This document shows positions 1-12,658 of a stretch of DNA of 48,222 bases, one piece after another (positions within the stretch are counted from its first letter, which is position 1; the number at the start of each line of letters is the position of its first letter). Position numbers and translations under genes: made by a program. Where the stretch lies: assembly GCA_000708835.1 (NCBI GenBank), contig DF237471.1:1-48222 (forward strand). The letters run 5' to 3'. The notes beneath the pieces are model-generated. The model saw only the letters and a list, made by a program, of their open reading frames with translations. It did no database searches and was not told where the DNA came from. The DNA comes from Klebsormidium nitens (Eukaryota; Plantae; Klebsormidiophyceae).

Positions 1-1127
1 ACTTCAGGCTTGAATGCCCTGGTTCTTGAATCTCACAGCCGGCCGTGCACGTCGATGACTAACTTTAGCAAGGATCCAGATCTGGCATGTTCTTGCTTTC
101 GTCTATGATTGTAAAAGAGGGGCCGTGTGCTAACTTCGTGTCCGTTGTAACTCAACAAGTCTGGAGCAGGTGACTTTCAAGCGCGGATTTGTTTCGCGAG
201 CGTCGCTGCTAAATCGGCTGGCCAGCGATTTAATGTGATTGTTTCTTCAAACATACGCCATGTTCCAGAATAAAGAATTACGGTCCACTCTTACATTGGA
301 TTCAAAGTCTTCCGTTCGTCATCTATCAGGGTCGTAGATGTCTGCAGCGCCCTTAGAAAGGTTCAGGCCGCGTCTCCGAGTCCGATTCTGTTTCTTCAAG
401 ATGTCGTATCCTTGTTGTGGTTCTTGCTCGATACACCATTAAAAAAGACGGCTGCGATGTGCATGGACGCTCTGGGAACAGTGCTTTCCAAGAACTCTTC
501 CGCGCTCCGACGCCTGAGGCCGTCTAATCATCGGAAAAGCACAACCAATTTTTGCTGTTGTATCAGCAGGCTTACTAGTCCCCCACGCCGTCCTGCTAGT
601 ACTGCCGCGAGAAGCAAAAGCCGGCTCTCCTTTCAGAACTTAACTTACTCTGTGGGCGTAGTGTGCCCGTGGATCGCAGTATTGCCCATCAATCGCACGA
701 TCCAGATTGCGAATTCAGCTACGACCGGGGATGACCTAGTGAGGACTAGGCTATCATGCACCGCCTGCATGTCACTGTCGAACTCTAGTGTTTGATTTTG
801 TTGGTATGTTTTGTCGCACTGTGCACTGCAGCAATTGAGCCTCAAATTATGCTTACTGATCGGCTTGGTGATCAGGTATTCTAGGGTGCTGTTTATGAAT
901 CACACGTGCTCTTGTTTTTATTCCGCCGCTTTTTGTTCTGCTGTTCCGCTATATGCGTTTCTGATCCGTTGTCCTGGTCGAGAATTATGGACGCGAGTCG
1001 ACTGCTCACGTGGCCGCGCCGAGCTCAGAAAGGTTTCTTGGGAGCTTATAACAAGCAATTTGATGGCTTTCCACTTCTTTACCAAGCGTTGGGAATTATC
1101 TGTGTTTTGTTGAAGGGAAGTGTGTGC

Positions 1128-1208
1128 GGTGGCTTTGACGTAATAAAGGCTTCTGAGAGGGGGTCCTCTCTCAGAGATCTTGCTCACACACTAGTTTCTG
1201 ATGCCATC
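1128..1208 (+). ncRNA. K-turn module (TTT-GACG / CTGA-T class)
   Basis: GGTGGC-TTT-GACG ... CTGA-T-GCCATC; internal TCTGAGAG/CTCTCAGA hairpin; paralog at 4085. Confidence 0.6.
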
Positions 1209-1430
1209 CTGGTCCTTTCTCTGGCCCTGATTCGTCAATTTGAAGCTAGCTGGTTTTATCCTTCGAGGTTACGTACCCCCAGAAACCATCCTGCATATGT
1301 CGATGTGGCCTCTTCTTCTCCGTTTAAAACCTGCTAATTTTCTTTTGCTGAATTTGAAACATGTCCAGTCCATCCTTTATTGCTTTGCGTACTGAATCGG
1401 CGCTCAAACCAACGCGATGCTCCAAGATGT

Positions 1431-1510
1431 ATGGCCAAGACGATTTATGCTGCTACGTAGCGCGCATCTCGATGCTTGCAACGGTGAAGCGAAATTCTTC
1501 CTGGAGCCGT
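1431..1510 (+). ncRNA. K-turn module
   Basis: ATGGC-CAA-GACG ... TGGA-GCCGT; internal GCATC/GATGC hairpin. Confidence 0.55.
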
Positions 1511-1712
1511 ATTGCGGACCTCTGAATACTGGCTAAGCAAATCATTGAACGGGAGCGCACTTCTTCTAAGATTTTGAGATGCAAAAGCGCGCCATATATT
1601 GACTTTGACTGGCACACATTTGATCGATTTTTGCGCAACCCTTATCACAATACCTCGGGTTCTGGGGAGAAGTTTGCATGGTGGATCGAATTCGTGACCA
1701 AGTTGAACTGGA

Positions 1713-1780
1713 TTGGCAAGGAGAGGATTGACGTGGCGCCAGAAAGTGCGCTACTCCTCCCTTTTGTCACTTTGAGCCAA
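1713..1780 (+). ncRNA. K-turn module
   Basis: TTGGC-AAG-GAGA ... TTGA-GCCAA; internal GAGGA/TCCTC and GTGGCGC/GCGCTAC. Confidence 0.7.
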
Positions 1781-2394
1781 CGCACTACGTAACGATCGTA
1801 GGACAGGAAGGAAGACACGTTCTGTTCTGGATCCGGAAAGCAAATTCTCCGCGGTTTGTTGTAGTGCGAGGGCCCCTCAATCTGGTGATCTTCAAATCAG
1901 CAGCCATATTAGGTTAATTCGGACACTGGCCTTTCCAATCCTGACAGTAGAGCCAAGTGGCGGGAATTATACGCGGACCTTGTCTTGGCCGTGTCATGCT
2001 GCCAGCTCGGCTTCCGTGAAGGTTACGGCATCAGTCACATCCGAGCGACGTTCGAATTGACTTCTGGACTCAGACTCTGTTTGGCAGCCTAGCAGCCTCT
2101 CTTCAAAGTCCATATCGTTCCGTACAGCAGACCCGATGCTGTATGTGCCGATGTTAGGCTATTTCAAGCTTAGCGAATATTGAGGACGAATACTGGTTGC
2201 ACCAGGCTACATTGGATAATATTCTGAAACAGCTCGCAGTACCTTTTCCCAATCAGCACCTACTACGCTCAGGATCACGGTCCGCGTCGCCCAGAGCTTT
2301 TTCTTGCTTGCCCCTGCTTTCGATCCGCCTTCCAACACAACTTTCATTCCCGAGCATCTAAAAACCCGTCCGGCAGCTTCAGCTTGCTTTTCTC

Positions 2395-2510
2395 CCCCCG
2401 GTCTCGTCTTCGTCCCCTCCCTTCCGCGCGCGCGTGCGCGGGGGGTCACGCGGCGGGCTGATGCGTGAGGGCCCCCCGGCCGGCCGCGTCCGACGCCGGG
2501 CGCAGCATAA
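2395..2510. promoter_or_regulatory. GC-rich promoter-like island
   Basis: CG-dense; TCACGCGGC, GAGGGCCC and CGGCCGGCCGCGT shared with the island at 8575-8700. Confidence 0.4.
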
Positions 2511-3249
2511 ACTGAACCGCTCGGCTTCACGGTTCTTGGGCTAAATTCATGTGGGCAGAGTCTTCGGCCGGGACGAGGTTTTAAAAGTTGGTCAGAAGCG
2601 TTTCTCAGGCTTGCTCGAAGTGTGTTCGTTTATCAAGGACGTATGAAGCGTCGATGGCTCAGAGGAATTCGGAAGGGGTGTCGGGGTGGTTAGACTTGTC
2701 AGAAACCTGTTTATAGTGGGAGGTTCAAATGTTTCGCTTTCGAAGCCCGAGTCGTAAGTCTGCCCAGATTACCAATTTGCACACCACTTTCGGTCCATCG
2801 AGACCCCTTTGAGGTGCCGTCCGTTGGAACCCATCCTAGATTTGCATGACGGCGCTCGATCGATCTTAGCTCTGGAGATATTGTTCGCTGAAAAAACTCT
2901 GTGCCGTCTGTCGTCGCCTCCGCTGACGCTCCGCGTGCTCAACTCTGCTCTTGCCGGGCCTCTGTAGCTTCTTGTGGAAAGATTCTCGCAATGCCCCATA
3001 GGGCTTTCTTAATTCTCAACGGCAAGTCGTTGAGATCAGACTCGAAGGGCAGCAGCCATAACGCAATTACTGGTAAGTTGTTTCGTGTACCGTTGTTCTT
3101 GGTCTGTTCACTTTCCGGCTGGGTAGAAGTCTGCCGGAGGGCTGTGGAATTTTCTCGGTTTCAATCTCAGCATACCGCAATCGTGAAATCCGGAAGACCT
3201 TAGTGTTGAAGTCTTTGTAACGACTGCAAGTCTGTGTAGACTTTGAAGA

Positions 3250-3325
3250 ACGGCGGTGATGTAACTTTGAGAATGGGCGCTTCTCATAGCAGCTTCGCGC
3301 ACCCATTGATCAGTTCCTGATGCTG
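3250..3325 (+). ncRNA. K-turn module (near-canonical C box class)
   Basis: ACGGC-GGT-GATG ... CTGA-T-GCTG; AATGGG/CCCATT; paralogs at 5991 and 16969. Confidence 0.55.
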
Positions 3326-3521
3326 CCCACCACGATTTTAAAAGAAAGCCGCCTGACTCTGATTGTCTAGATGATCCGTGTAACCATCTATCCGAAGTTT
3401 TCTTTCGGAGTAGTTGTCTCTCGCCAAGCAGTGCTCGGATATGTACGAGACTCAAAAGTCCGAAAATAGGTTAAATAAAAATCAACCGATTGTGTTTTTG
3501 GCAGATCATTTGATACCGTGC

Positions 3522-3600
3522 ATGGCCGTGATCAAGAGGCGTCCTGTTGGGGATGAACAAATCTCCCAGGCTGATCCGGAGGTGCACCTGATTGACGCCG
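3522..3600 (+). ncRNA. Candidate K-turn module
   Basis: ATGGC-CGT-GATC ... TTGA-C-GCCG; internal CCTG..GGGA/TCCC-AGG. Confidence 0.3.
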
Positions 3601-4084
3601 GCCAGCCTTTTAGAGATTCAAGATGGTACCTTTGTATGATTACCAACAGCTGCGTAGTGTCTTGTGCGTCCGTTGTTCGACGAGTCAAGCGTGCCACTCG
3701 TTTGCGGCACACTATTGCATCTTTTGGGTCGTGAATTACGGTTCTGGACGTATCGACTCTGGGTTTGTGCGAGCGATCCGACCCCTTTCTGAAGTCCTGG
3801 TAGTCTGACGATTGTGTACGCATTTACAAACATTGAGAATTTAATGAGCCCTGGACGAGTTCGAAGACGTACGAAACGCAGCGAGGAACTGTATCCAGAC
3901 AAGGAACGCGGCGGTCGGGCACCATCAGTCGTTTCTGAAAGGTTTGGCTTGTTTCCAACGTTTGAATTTGAGCTAAGAGTACTAACCGGCGACTTGGTTT
4001 GATAGAACATTAAATGCGCGTGCACGTGGTATTAGCAAGCTACTGAATGTTGTCTCGTTATATTGTCGAGGCAGATTGTGTGCA

Positions 4085-4158
4085 ACGGCTTTGACGTGAC
4101 TTCTTTTGGGAATAGGTGCTCAAGGGCGCTTTTCATACGTCTCACCCTCTGATGCCGG
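4085..4158 (+). ncRNA. K-turn module (TTT-GACG / CTGA-T class)
   Basis: ACGGC-TTT-GACG ... CTGA-T-GCCG; internal CTTTTGGG/CTCAAGGG. Confidence 0.55.
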
Positions 4159-4569
4159 TTGTATCCCGTTCCCGCCAGCCCTGATGCGGCTTGCCACATT
4201 ATTTGTATTATCTATGTTGTAATCAAAGTATTCGTAGACTATTCTACACGACACGGTAAGCTGAACTGTGCTTCTAGCTCTGCCCCTGGAATCTACCGCT
4301 TAAAAATTCCTTGACTTTTGTCACGTGTTCAGCATCCACAGCTGGCAGATAGCTGCTTCAGTGGCGTTCGACTTATGATTCACCCCTGCAGCCTGCGCGC
4401 GCGTTGTCAGATTGTCCGCTGCTGTACTCTAAGATCGGAACTGTACCAGGGCCGAAGCGGAGCATGCAAGTAACAGCGATTGAAGTGAGATTAAGCCCAC
4501 TGTGACTTCAACATCCGGTTCGCTGAGAGTAGGAAATTCTAATTTGGATCGGCTGCCGTTTGCAACACC

Positions 4570-4603
4570 GGGTTGGCCCGCCGGCCCGGCGGCGGGGCCA
4601 CCC
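4570..4603. other. GC-rich hairpin
   Basis: GGGTTGGCCCGCCG ... CGGCGGCGGGGCCACCC imperfect inverted repeat. Confidence 0.4.
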
Positions 4604-4986
4604 AGTCGCCTTACATGGGCTTTCTTTCGCCAGCCTCTGCTTTTGTCCACCGTCTACGACACGTAACTCGTGCGTTTGATCGCTTGAAAACCCGACGGCA
4701 GTCACCTCTTTGATTGGTGGCGCACGTAAGCTTTCGCTTTTAAAAACCAGTTTCTTTCCACGTGTGATATTTTTGATGCCCGAGTCTAGTCGTTACGCTC
4801 CTACATAACACGTTCCAGCATTGCAAAGTGCAGAATAAGTGGGCTTGACCTTAGAGGACTACACTAGTAGGCGTGCGTCTGTGCTTGCCATCCAGTTTGC
4901 TCCATGCAGAGCCCACAGAGAGATCGTTGATTTGTTTCCAAACCTCGATGACTTTGAATCTGCCGTCACTAGTATAATTATACTAA

Positions 4987-5027
4987 AGTCGATGCTTCTA
5001 GAGTCGATCCAACTAGAGTCGATGCTT
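4987..5027. repeat. Short tandem duplication
   Basis: AGTCGAT three times, CTAGAGTCGAT twice. Confidence 0.7.
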
Positions 5028-5432
5028 TAACGTCTCTAGCGACACAGGAACATTGCTCAACGTTCCTCGCGAAGAAGGTCAGCTGCCATTCTTTGCAGTT
5101 TTGCACTGCGAATGCAAAAGGCTCCACGCACGCTGTCGACGCCCGCTTAATTCATTGTTGCTCCGGCTCCCTGTGGATGGGCGCTGGAATTGTTGTTTGC
5201 CGTGCTCAAGTCACCTGGAAGTATAATTCACCGTTCTCTTTGGTGGGCAGGAGACGTATGTTTTTGCGGCCATAATAGATCAGCACCTTTCGCGAAACCA
5301 ATGCGCGCTGTCATTATAACTAAGGCTTTGAAGAGACTCAAACCACGTTCTGGGCAATGGTCGACATATACTTGCTTCAAACTACGCACGTACCTATGAG
5401 CTGAATCCCCGTACAAGCCGAGATGTCTGAAT

Positions 5433-5507
5433 GTGGCTGTGATGAATCGTTTCGTGGGAACTCTTTCCCAATGGCAAGCTCCGTCGTAGTGCTTCGCACG
5501 ACGCCAC
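5433..5507 (+). ncRNA. K-turn module with canonical C box
   Basis: GTGGC-T-GTGATGA ... ACGA-C-GCCAC; hairpins TGGGAA/TTCCCA and CGTCGT/ACGACG. Confidence 0.5.
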
Positions 5508-5990
5508 CGCCGACCTGCTGTTTGCCTTCAACATGGATCAGGCAGTCTTTTCGAATGATATTTTGTTGGTGGGCTCTTCGCAAAGGTCTGACATGCCATA
5601 AAACTCTTCCAGCAAACTTGGCAACCGGCAACCGTCCCTGGAAAACTCCAGTGGGCAAGTTTCTCGTCATCCAACCGTGATTTTCTTGCGCCTTAGCGAT
5701 CGCTGTGATACACCGGGAAAACAGATTGCTCTCGAATGCTCGGTACATTATCTAGACCGCCCTTCGCGTACTTACACTCGTTCCTCAATTTCTGGTCTTG
5801 ATTTCGATGGTGCGCCTTCAGGTCATATGGGGTAATGCCACTTCCACGACAAGAAGCGCTTAGGAGAATAATTTTGTACCTTTCACACTCTGGCGCTCTT
5901 CGTCCTCCTCAACTCCGCTCACTATAAAACAAGAGAAGCCTTCCCACTGTTTTTGGGCATCTTGTTAAATAGGAAGGCCTCTCTTCATGA

Positions 5991-6050
5991 CGGCAGTGAC
6001 GAGCATCTTCTGAGGACGGGCGCTTCTCGTCGACTGTTTCTGAAGTGCCG
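5991..6050 (+). ncRNA. K-turn module
   Basis: CGGC-AGT-GACG ... CTGA-AGT-GCCG; internal CTGA followed by GACGGG/CTCGTC. Confidence 0.45.
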
Positions 6051-6567
6051 ATCCTGATTGTAAGTACTTAAAATATTCAAGGCTTCTTCCTCGAGTTGGA
6101 TCGCGAAGAGCAGTTTCGTTTGCATGGAGCTTGGGCGCTGCTGGAGACTGCCGGAGTCAGAACTCAAGCGGATGGCAATGACAGATTGCGACGAGGGTCA
6201 AGTCGAAACGACGTATTCCGGCATCATCATGCGAGCACATGAGAATCCTCGCTTCTTCAAGATTTTGAACGGGAAGGTCGAACGTTGTCACGGTCCCTCT
6301 AGTTACGTCGAAGGAGATGTTCATGGAGCTCCGGATGCACTTGTGTCCGAATGAGCTTTGCGAAGCGTCTGTCCAGAAGTTTCTCCCGTTCACTGTAGTA
6401 AGCGCTAGCATCGAATTCCGGCCGAAGTCACTGCTTGAGCCGTCCGCAACCTCATGGTCGTTATAGATATCCAGAGATTCTCCAGCCGCTGTTGGCGAAA
6501 TCTTTGGGGCTTACCTCTCAGGCTTTGATGAGTGAAAATTGCAAATGAAGCTCAGCTGATAACGCGT

Positions 6568-6638
6568 TTGTCAAGGAGGACCCCTATGGTTGGAGAGGCC
6601 CGGAATGCGGCCACCTCTGCTTGCCCTAACCGAGCCCC
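6568..6638 (+). ncRNA. Degenerate K-turn module
   Basis: GTC-AAG-GAGG ... CCGA-GCC; 5' stem mutated. Confidence 0.3.
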
Positions 6639-7708
6639 AAAATTGGTTTCACCTGTTATCGAAAGCACCTCCTGTGCATTGGCTTTGCTTCTTGTGATTG
6701 TTTAGGAACTATGCCCTGCTTACGACAAACAGAATGAGGCGCGGGCTTTTCGTGATCAATCCAGACGTGGTCTCCTTGGGCAGCATACAGAGCCGAAGTC
6801 ACTGGCAAGTTTATCTCCTCTGCTCTTTCAAAACGTGTCTTACTTGGTCCCTCCAATATTTCTCCACCAAACAATCAATATGATACTTTGGGTGCATTAC
6901 TCAAGCCCCAGGCAAACGAAGTTCGTTCATGCAACAAAATCCTTCTCCGCGCCTCCGCTAAAAGCTAACATGCACTGGTTTGTCTGAGAAGTTCGGTTGA
7001 AATCCTCGATGTTGGGCAGAAATGTGCTTGGTCAGCTTACTTCTCCTTCATTTATGCTGCTTGTAACGCTGTCCTTGCTCCTCCGCCCCCGCTAGACTAT
7101 GGAAAAATTTTCGGGGTGGTCATATAGCCGGGAACGTCACTTCCAGAGTTACTTGGTTCTCGCGATATTTTGAGGTTGTGGCTACTGTATTTGAGTCCGA
7201 GCTTGCATCGAAGGTCGCAACCTGACGCGCGTTTGGGACAGATCGATTCATGGCCTCGAAAACCATTCCAAAGCGTCGAGAACCGTCCAGAAGTTGTTTG
7301 AGCCCTTCAGAACATTGAGCAGCCCAGGTGTGGTAATTCTTTGTCCGTTCGATGTTTTCGAAGTTGAGATGATTTTGCGCGCCTTCTAGTCTGTGCATGC
7401 GGCTGGCAATCTGTCATCAACCAAACATCAAAGTGACATCGATCGGAAGTGTTATGTACATTCAACCAGGTGCAGCATATTTGGGCTCTGCCATATTCCG
7501 TGAAAAGCTTGGAGGCATCCCGGTTCGGACTGGAGTGCTTTCACTGGCACGGGTATATAATTTCTGAACAATCACGATCTTTTGCGCAGTGGTTGTCTTT
7601 TCTATAAGTAAGAGGGAGCTTCGCCTCACAACTCGCGCGGCAGGCAGGAACTCGCTCAAGTGACGTGTAACTCGCTCAGCGATCTTATGTCGTGTTTTTC
7701 TGTGAGTG

Positions 7709-7741
7709 GCGCGCTGCTTAAGCAAGCGCGCTGCTTAAGCA
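7709..7741. repeat. 16-bp direct repeat x2
   Basis: GCGCGCTGCTTAAGCA at 7709-7724 and 7726-7741. Confidence 0.85.
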
Positions 7742-8574
7742 GACGTATGATGACAATGTCAACTTCGAAATACTAATACGTTTCAATGGCGGTTGTGACG
7801 AAGAAGCATCTGGGCACTTTTGCTCATTTGTACCCTTGGTCGGATGCTGTCCGTGAATGAAATGACGCAACATGAAAGGTCATCCCGTCACATAGGGCTG
7901 TCTTTCAGAACCCTTTCAGACCATTTGCGTCGGATCGCCCTCCTTCGACCATGCATGGAACCACAACTATTGCTTACATTCATGAAGGCGGTGCCTGATT
8001 AGGGGTTTGACGACTTCAAAAACGCGGCTTGAATCTGAGTCTGAAGATCGTAAAGAAATTTTGTAGACGAGTCGCGAGAAACAGCCTTGGTGACGTCGGC
8101 AACTTGAGGACGCAAGGTCTTGTGGGCCTGCTCGAATGACGTCGTTGCTACGTGTATCTCTGGGGCCTGTTCTGCTACACGTTGAAAACCACTAGAACCG
8201 TTCAACCCTTTGGAAATTTGAGCTGATATCTTGAAGATCATCGCAGTGTTAGCTGCATTCGGCTACAACACTTTGAAGGGGCCCAAATGCTGGACTTGAT
8301 TTATTTATCTGGAAATTCTTGAAGCACGCAAGTGTTGGGCCTCCGGGAATTCAGTCCCGACTTTTCGCTCTCTCTTTCATGAGGTGGGCTGCGGCCCCGC
8401 TGCGGCGCCCTCAAAAATGCCTATCTGCACTGAGTTTTCTTCGCCCGGGCTTTTCCATCAGCTTTGCTTTAGTTTCCTCCGCTGTGTTCGGAATCTGATC
8501 CTCAAGTGTCTCACGATCAAATGGCAGCTCACTGAGGTTCCCCTCAGGCCAACATTAACGAAGACATTTTTCCG

Positions 8575-8700
8575 CGAATCGAGTCGGCGCGCGCACGCGA
8601 GCGATCGAGCGCACGGGTTCACGCGGCCAGCCGGGCCGCGTCTGGACAACGTCGGACGAAGGCGGGTCGAGAGGGCCCGCGCGCGGCCGGCCGCGTGCTC
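8575..8700. promoter_or_regulatory. GC-rich promoter-like island
   Basis: TCACGCGGC at 8619, GAGGGCCC, CGGCCGGCCGC at 8684; homologous to 2395-2510. Confidence 0.4.
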
Positions 8701-9032
8701 TCTTCAGCACAAGAGTGTTTGCACCATGTTTGCTCGGGCTGAAATAGCGGACCTTTGACTTCTTGCAAAGCAACTTTATATAATGAAGGCGCAAAAACGT
8801 AGGGCTTGGATCTCGAGATGCGGAAGCGCGCGACGCAATTTCAAACATTATGGACTGTCACATGTTGCCCTTGCCGTATATTGGAATCCTTCTCTTGTAT
8901 GCATTCCAAGGTAACTTCTCCTCTCATTTCTGGGGCGAGAAAGAAATTTGGTAGCAGCACTAGTAAAAGTTTGGCTTTGATTTTTTGATCAAGGTATTAG
9001 CATCCTGGGACTTACTAGGAAGAATTTAATTG

Positions 9033-9112
9033 GTGGCAACTTGAAGGAGAGGATCGATGTGGCGCCACGAAGTGTACTCTGGCACTCCACCTTTACCGTT
9101 ACTTTGAGCCGC
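9033..9112 (+). ncRNA. Diverged paralog of module 1713
   Basis: GTGGC-AACTTG-AAGGAGAGGAT..GTGGCGCC ... TTGA-GCCGC. Confidence 0.4.
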
Positions 9113-9372
9113 GCGCAATTGAATTTTTAACCAGGAACATTGTGACTGATCGGCACCCTTATATGTGCGACTTTGAATCTCACCCTTGATCTTATAGTCT
9201 TAACAGAACGGTACGTGTTACATCATCTTGAGGTACATCGATGCGGGTTATAACATAGGTGGCGCTTGAAATATTTACGATCATCTGGAGCGCGTGCAAC
9301 CTTGCAAGGGACATCGGCAGCGTTCCTACTTTGGCCATTACACGCGGAGGGAATCCCTGAGAAAAACGCCAG

Positions 9373-9450
9373 ATGGCAGGGAGGGTAAGCATCGCCTTGG
9401 CTGTTTCTATACTGCCAGGAATGGGTGCGTCTGCCTTCAGTCCGAGCCAC
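9373..9450 (+). ncRNA. K-turn module
   Basis: TGGC-AGG-GAGG ... CCGA-GCCA; internal CTTGGC/GCCAGG; paralogs at 17256 and 18846. Confidence 0.65.
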
Positions 9451-9594
9451 TGCCTTGTCAAAGACGAGGGCCGATATTAGAGCCTCTGCCTTCCAAACAT
9501 GTGCGTTCAATCTAGATTTCAAAGGGTGCTGCGGTATGCGCCTCGTCAGACTTGCAAAATACGCAACCCGTTTTCCGCAAGCCTTCATTTAATG

Positions 9595-9673
9595 TGTGGC
9601 AAGGACTACCCAACACTGTTGCCACGTGTCGCCTGACGGTGGCACCAGGCGGTTCTTCAATGCTTGAGCCACA
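9595..9673 (+). ncRNA. K-turn module
   Basis: TGTGGC-AAG-GACT ... TTGA-GCCACA; internal GCCAC/GTGGC; paralogs at 21221 and 22119. Confidence 0.7.
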
Positions 9674-9879
9674 TACTTACTATGTCCCGGGCTGCAGCTC
9701 CCAGGAAAAACCATATGTATGAAACCGTGAACCTGGCGTTATTCTTTCCAAGCGCTTTTTAGTTTGGATCTCGTATCTCCACCTGCACTGATCCGTTTGA
9801 ACATTCGTCCGTCTCTTGTAGTCGTATTTTGACATCGAGTCTCGGGCGTTCTTCTTTTAATTGAGCTGTGCTTCCTCCG

Positions 9880-10330
9880 TCCGTATTCTTTCCAGTCAGC
9901 CCGTCCGCTTTCGTGTTCTTTTCCATCACATATTCCATCCGTTCGTTAGTCTTTGAGGTTTAGGACCTTCATTCTCATGCTGTTTTTCCTCCTGTGTATC
10001 CTCCTTGTCAACGTCCCGCCATTTGTGATCCGCCCTTTCTCCGCGTCCTTTTCCCCATCCGTCCGTCCGCGCCGCTTTCTTTCCTGTTCGTCACCTCTTC
10101 TGGTCTGCTCGTCGGTCCACTCGTTCACTGATCTCTCCTCCTTTCGTTCACCTGCACATTCTTCTGACCATGTTCGTCGTTTCCCGTCCCTTATTCCCTC
10201 CGGAAGTTGACCCGTGCGCCAAAAAGTCCTTCCGTATCCATTTCTGTCCGCTCCCTCTCTGTTCCGTCCGCATGTCCACTTGTTGTCAAAGCGGTCCGTC
10301 TGACACTAGTACGTCCGGATGACTTTCCAC
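9880..10330 (+). repeat. CCGT-rich pyrimidine tract
   Basis: A-poor, dense TCCGT/CCGTC/TTCC words. Confidence 0.6.
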
Positions 10331-10574
10331 CTGTTGTTCGAGTCGATCTTTCAACGCCAGCCGGAAGCCTGCTGCACGTACCACTGCTTAGCTCTTGTGG
10401 TTGGTCTATGTGGCGAAGACGAACTCTCAAGTGGCGTAAAGAAAAAACGGATAGGCAAGCTGCCACTTCGAGCTCCTTTTCATCTCCACGGTTCTTGAGC
10501 CGCATTTTCTGCCTGTTGAGATTCATATCAATTAGCAGCGCAACCCCCTTCATGCACCTACTTCATGCTTTCTG

Positions 10575-10860
10575 CCCAGGAAAATGCCCCGCCTCTTTTC
10601 ACAGGGGACCTAGTTTCGCGTTCAACTGTGCGCACACGCGCGCGCGCTTTGCCGGCCGCCTTTGTAAAATTTCTTTTCTTTTAAAAGAAAAGGAAACCGG
10701 TTGCTGATTGTGGACCGCCGTTGTAAACCGTCCTCGAGCACTCGTCTTAATTATCAGCCCCAAACCTGGAGCACCCGTGTGGGACGAAGGCAATTCCGCC
10801 ACGGTAAAGATATCCAATGAGCTGGCGCGTTTGATCGTGACACCAAACATTCAGGGAACT
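10575..10860. promoter_or_regulatory. Promoter-like module, copy 1 of 3
   Basis: Homologous to 18385-18650 and 19815-20050 (ATGCC..., CGCG, TTGCCGGCC, CCCAAAC(C/G)TGGAG, (G/C)TGGCGCG). Confidence 0.45.
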
Positions 10861-11490
10861 TGAACCAATTCAGACCACCCTTAGTGGCCCGGCTTGCCTG
10901 AGCCACCCGGCGGGTTCAGATTCACGGAGTGTATCAAGTTGCTTATGGATTTGGAAATGATATTTGAATCACGTTTTGGCGTGCTTTATCCTTTCAAGTG
11001 GCGATCACCAAGTAAAGCTGGTGCCGTTTAATGCCAAACAGGGACACGTGTTTTTTAAACTCACAATCGTAGACTCCAATATGCGAACTGAACTTTCATT
11101 GACTTTCATCCAAAAAAGACGCATATAGTAGACCCAGGCTCGAGAACTAGGCGGCAGAAAGAACATGCTTTTCAGAGCGTGTGTTTGTGGTACATGTTCG
11201 CCTCCAGGGAGCTGTGTGAGCGACGACCGGGCCCTTAAAGCGCATTGAACCCAAGAGATGCAGATTGCCAGCTTCGTTCCCGCCTCTGTCGATAGCCATC
11301 GCACTTCGGCACTTGATAACTTGTGCCGCTTACCGTGCCCTGCGCCAATTTGTTTGGTCAGCTCAGGACTTGCTTCCCGAAGTGAATGCATCTCTCCGTA
11401 GCACTTGCTTACTGATCTGGATTTTAACACGACTCTTTTTCGGTCAGTTTGTAACTTTGGCTTATCTCATAAATCTGGAGGTATTTCGGT

Positions 11491-11563
11491 GTGGCTAGGA
11501 GGACTTTTGCAAGTAGTGGCTCATGCAGACTGTGCCACACTTCCCGTAACTTGAGCCTGAGCC
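11491..11563 (+). ncRNA. K-turn module with tandem D end
   Basis: GTGGC-TAG-GAGG ... TTGAGCC-TGAGCC; internal GTGGC/GCCAC; paralog at 20635. Confidence 0.5.
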
Positions 11564-11697
11564 TTCATCTGCTGTTGATACACAAGGAGCGCCTCCGCTC
11601 ACGACTGACATTATCAGATTGAAAGAACGGATCTGAAGTTGTACCCATATCTGCCCAGGACAGCTTGTGCTGGCAATGACGCCTTGGTGATGACGTC

Positions 11698-12003
11698 TCG
11701 GAACAACACGGCGTCTTTTGAAAGACTATCATAGACAAACCCTGCCTGCAGGATACCTTGACGAAACCGCTTTTTCCGCGTTGTTGATTGCATGACCCAT
11801 TTACCTCCATGCAAGCGTTCAAATACGCGATCAGCATTTAGCCGCTGAACAGTGTTCTGATAGTGAAACTGCGGTCGATTCTAAAGGTGGTTGATGGCGT
11901 CATTAAATGCAGATTCACTCGCAAGAAAGATACGGCCGGTGCCTGATTTTCAAAAATCATGTGTGCGCGTGTCTTAGGTACCCTAAATTATCCCGGCTTG
12001 GCA
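11698..12003 (+). repeat. Duplicate of ~24050-24330 / 29066-29350
   Basis: CCATGCAAGCGTTCAAA-like, CGGCCGG, ATGTG..CG, CCGGCTTGGC colinear. Confidence 0.55.
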
Positions 12004-12266
12004 TGCCAGAAATTCCTGCGTAGGGAGGAATTTCGATCGATTTCAGCGCGCTGTATATATCTTGCTCCGGATACAAGCCACAATCCAAGTTGCGCTCTTC
12101 TCATTTGATCGCCGCCCACCATTCTTTCAAGAGATGGTTTGGTTGCTTACCGTTTTAATTTGAGCTCTGAGCCATTTTCCAGTTCCCTGCTTTGAGGTAC
12201 TTTCTCCCCAGCCATCAAATATGAGTGGGCAAGCACCATACATATCTAAGTCCCTCAACCTGCTTA

Positions 12267-12339
12267 TTGGCAGAGATGGAAGTCTAGCTGGGCACATCGT
12301 CGCTCCATGGATGAGAAAGGATACGTCTAGATAAGCCAT
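12267..12339 (+). ncRNA. Atypical K-turn module
   Basis: TGGC-AGA-GATG ... ATAA-GCCA; D side has AA instead of GA. Confidence 0.3.
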
Positions 12340-12658
12340 CCGTTTTTGCGGCAAGTAACTTTACTCTTGCATAAGCAGGGCAGCGGCTGCGAAGCCTTGC
12401 GTCCATACGTACGTACTCCATAATTTGTTGAACATTTAAATCAGTCCCTTCAACTGCATTCTGCCAGTGCCAATTAGGCCGAATCATTATCCAATCTTCC
12501 GAAGGTCCTCAATGGTGTGCAGCTGAGCTCGAAGCTCAATTCTTACCAAACGCATTGGCGTCGTTCACGTTCTAGCCAGCCGTAATCCTGCTGAGATGAT
12601 AACAGCTGCAAATAGTAAGTACGCAAGTTTATTTACACTTGATAGTTGACATAAAAAG

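Larger units (their letters stand above)
10575..11700 (+). repeat. Segmental duplicate of ~19815-20850
   Basis: Colinear shared words, e.g. CCAAA.AGGGAC.CGTG, AGGAGCGCCTCC, GATTTGAAAGAACGG-like, GGC-AA(T/G)GACGCCTTGG. Confidence 0.7.

Noticed and set aside
9104-9120. TTGAGCCGCG resembling plant miR171, and GGCAAG/CAAGGATGA resembling miR169
   Set aside because: Only short matches that coincide with the module ends; no miRNA/miRNA* duplex.
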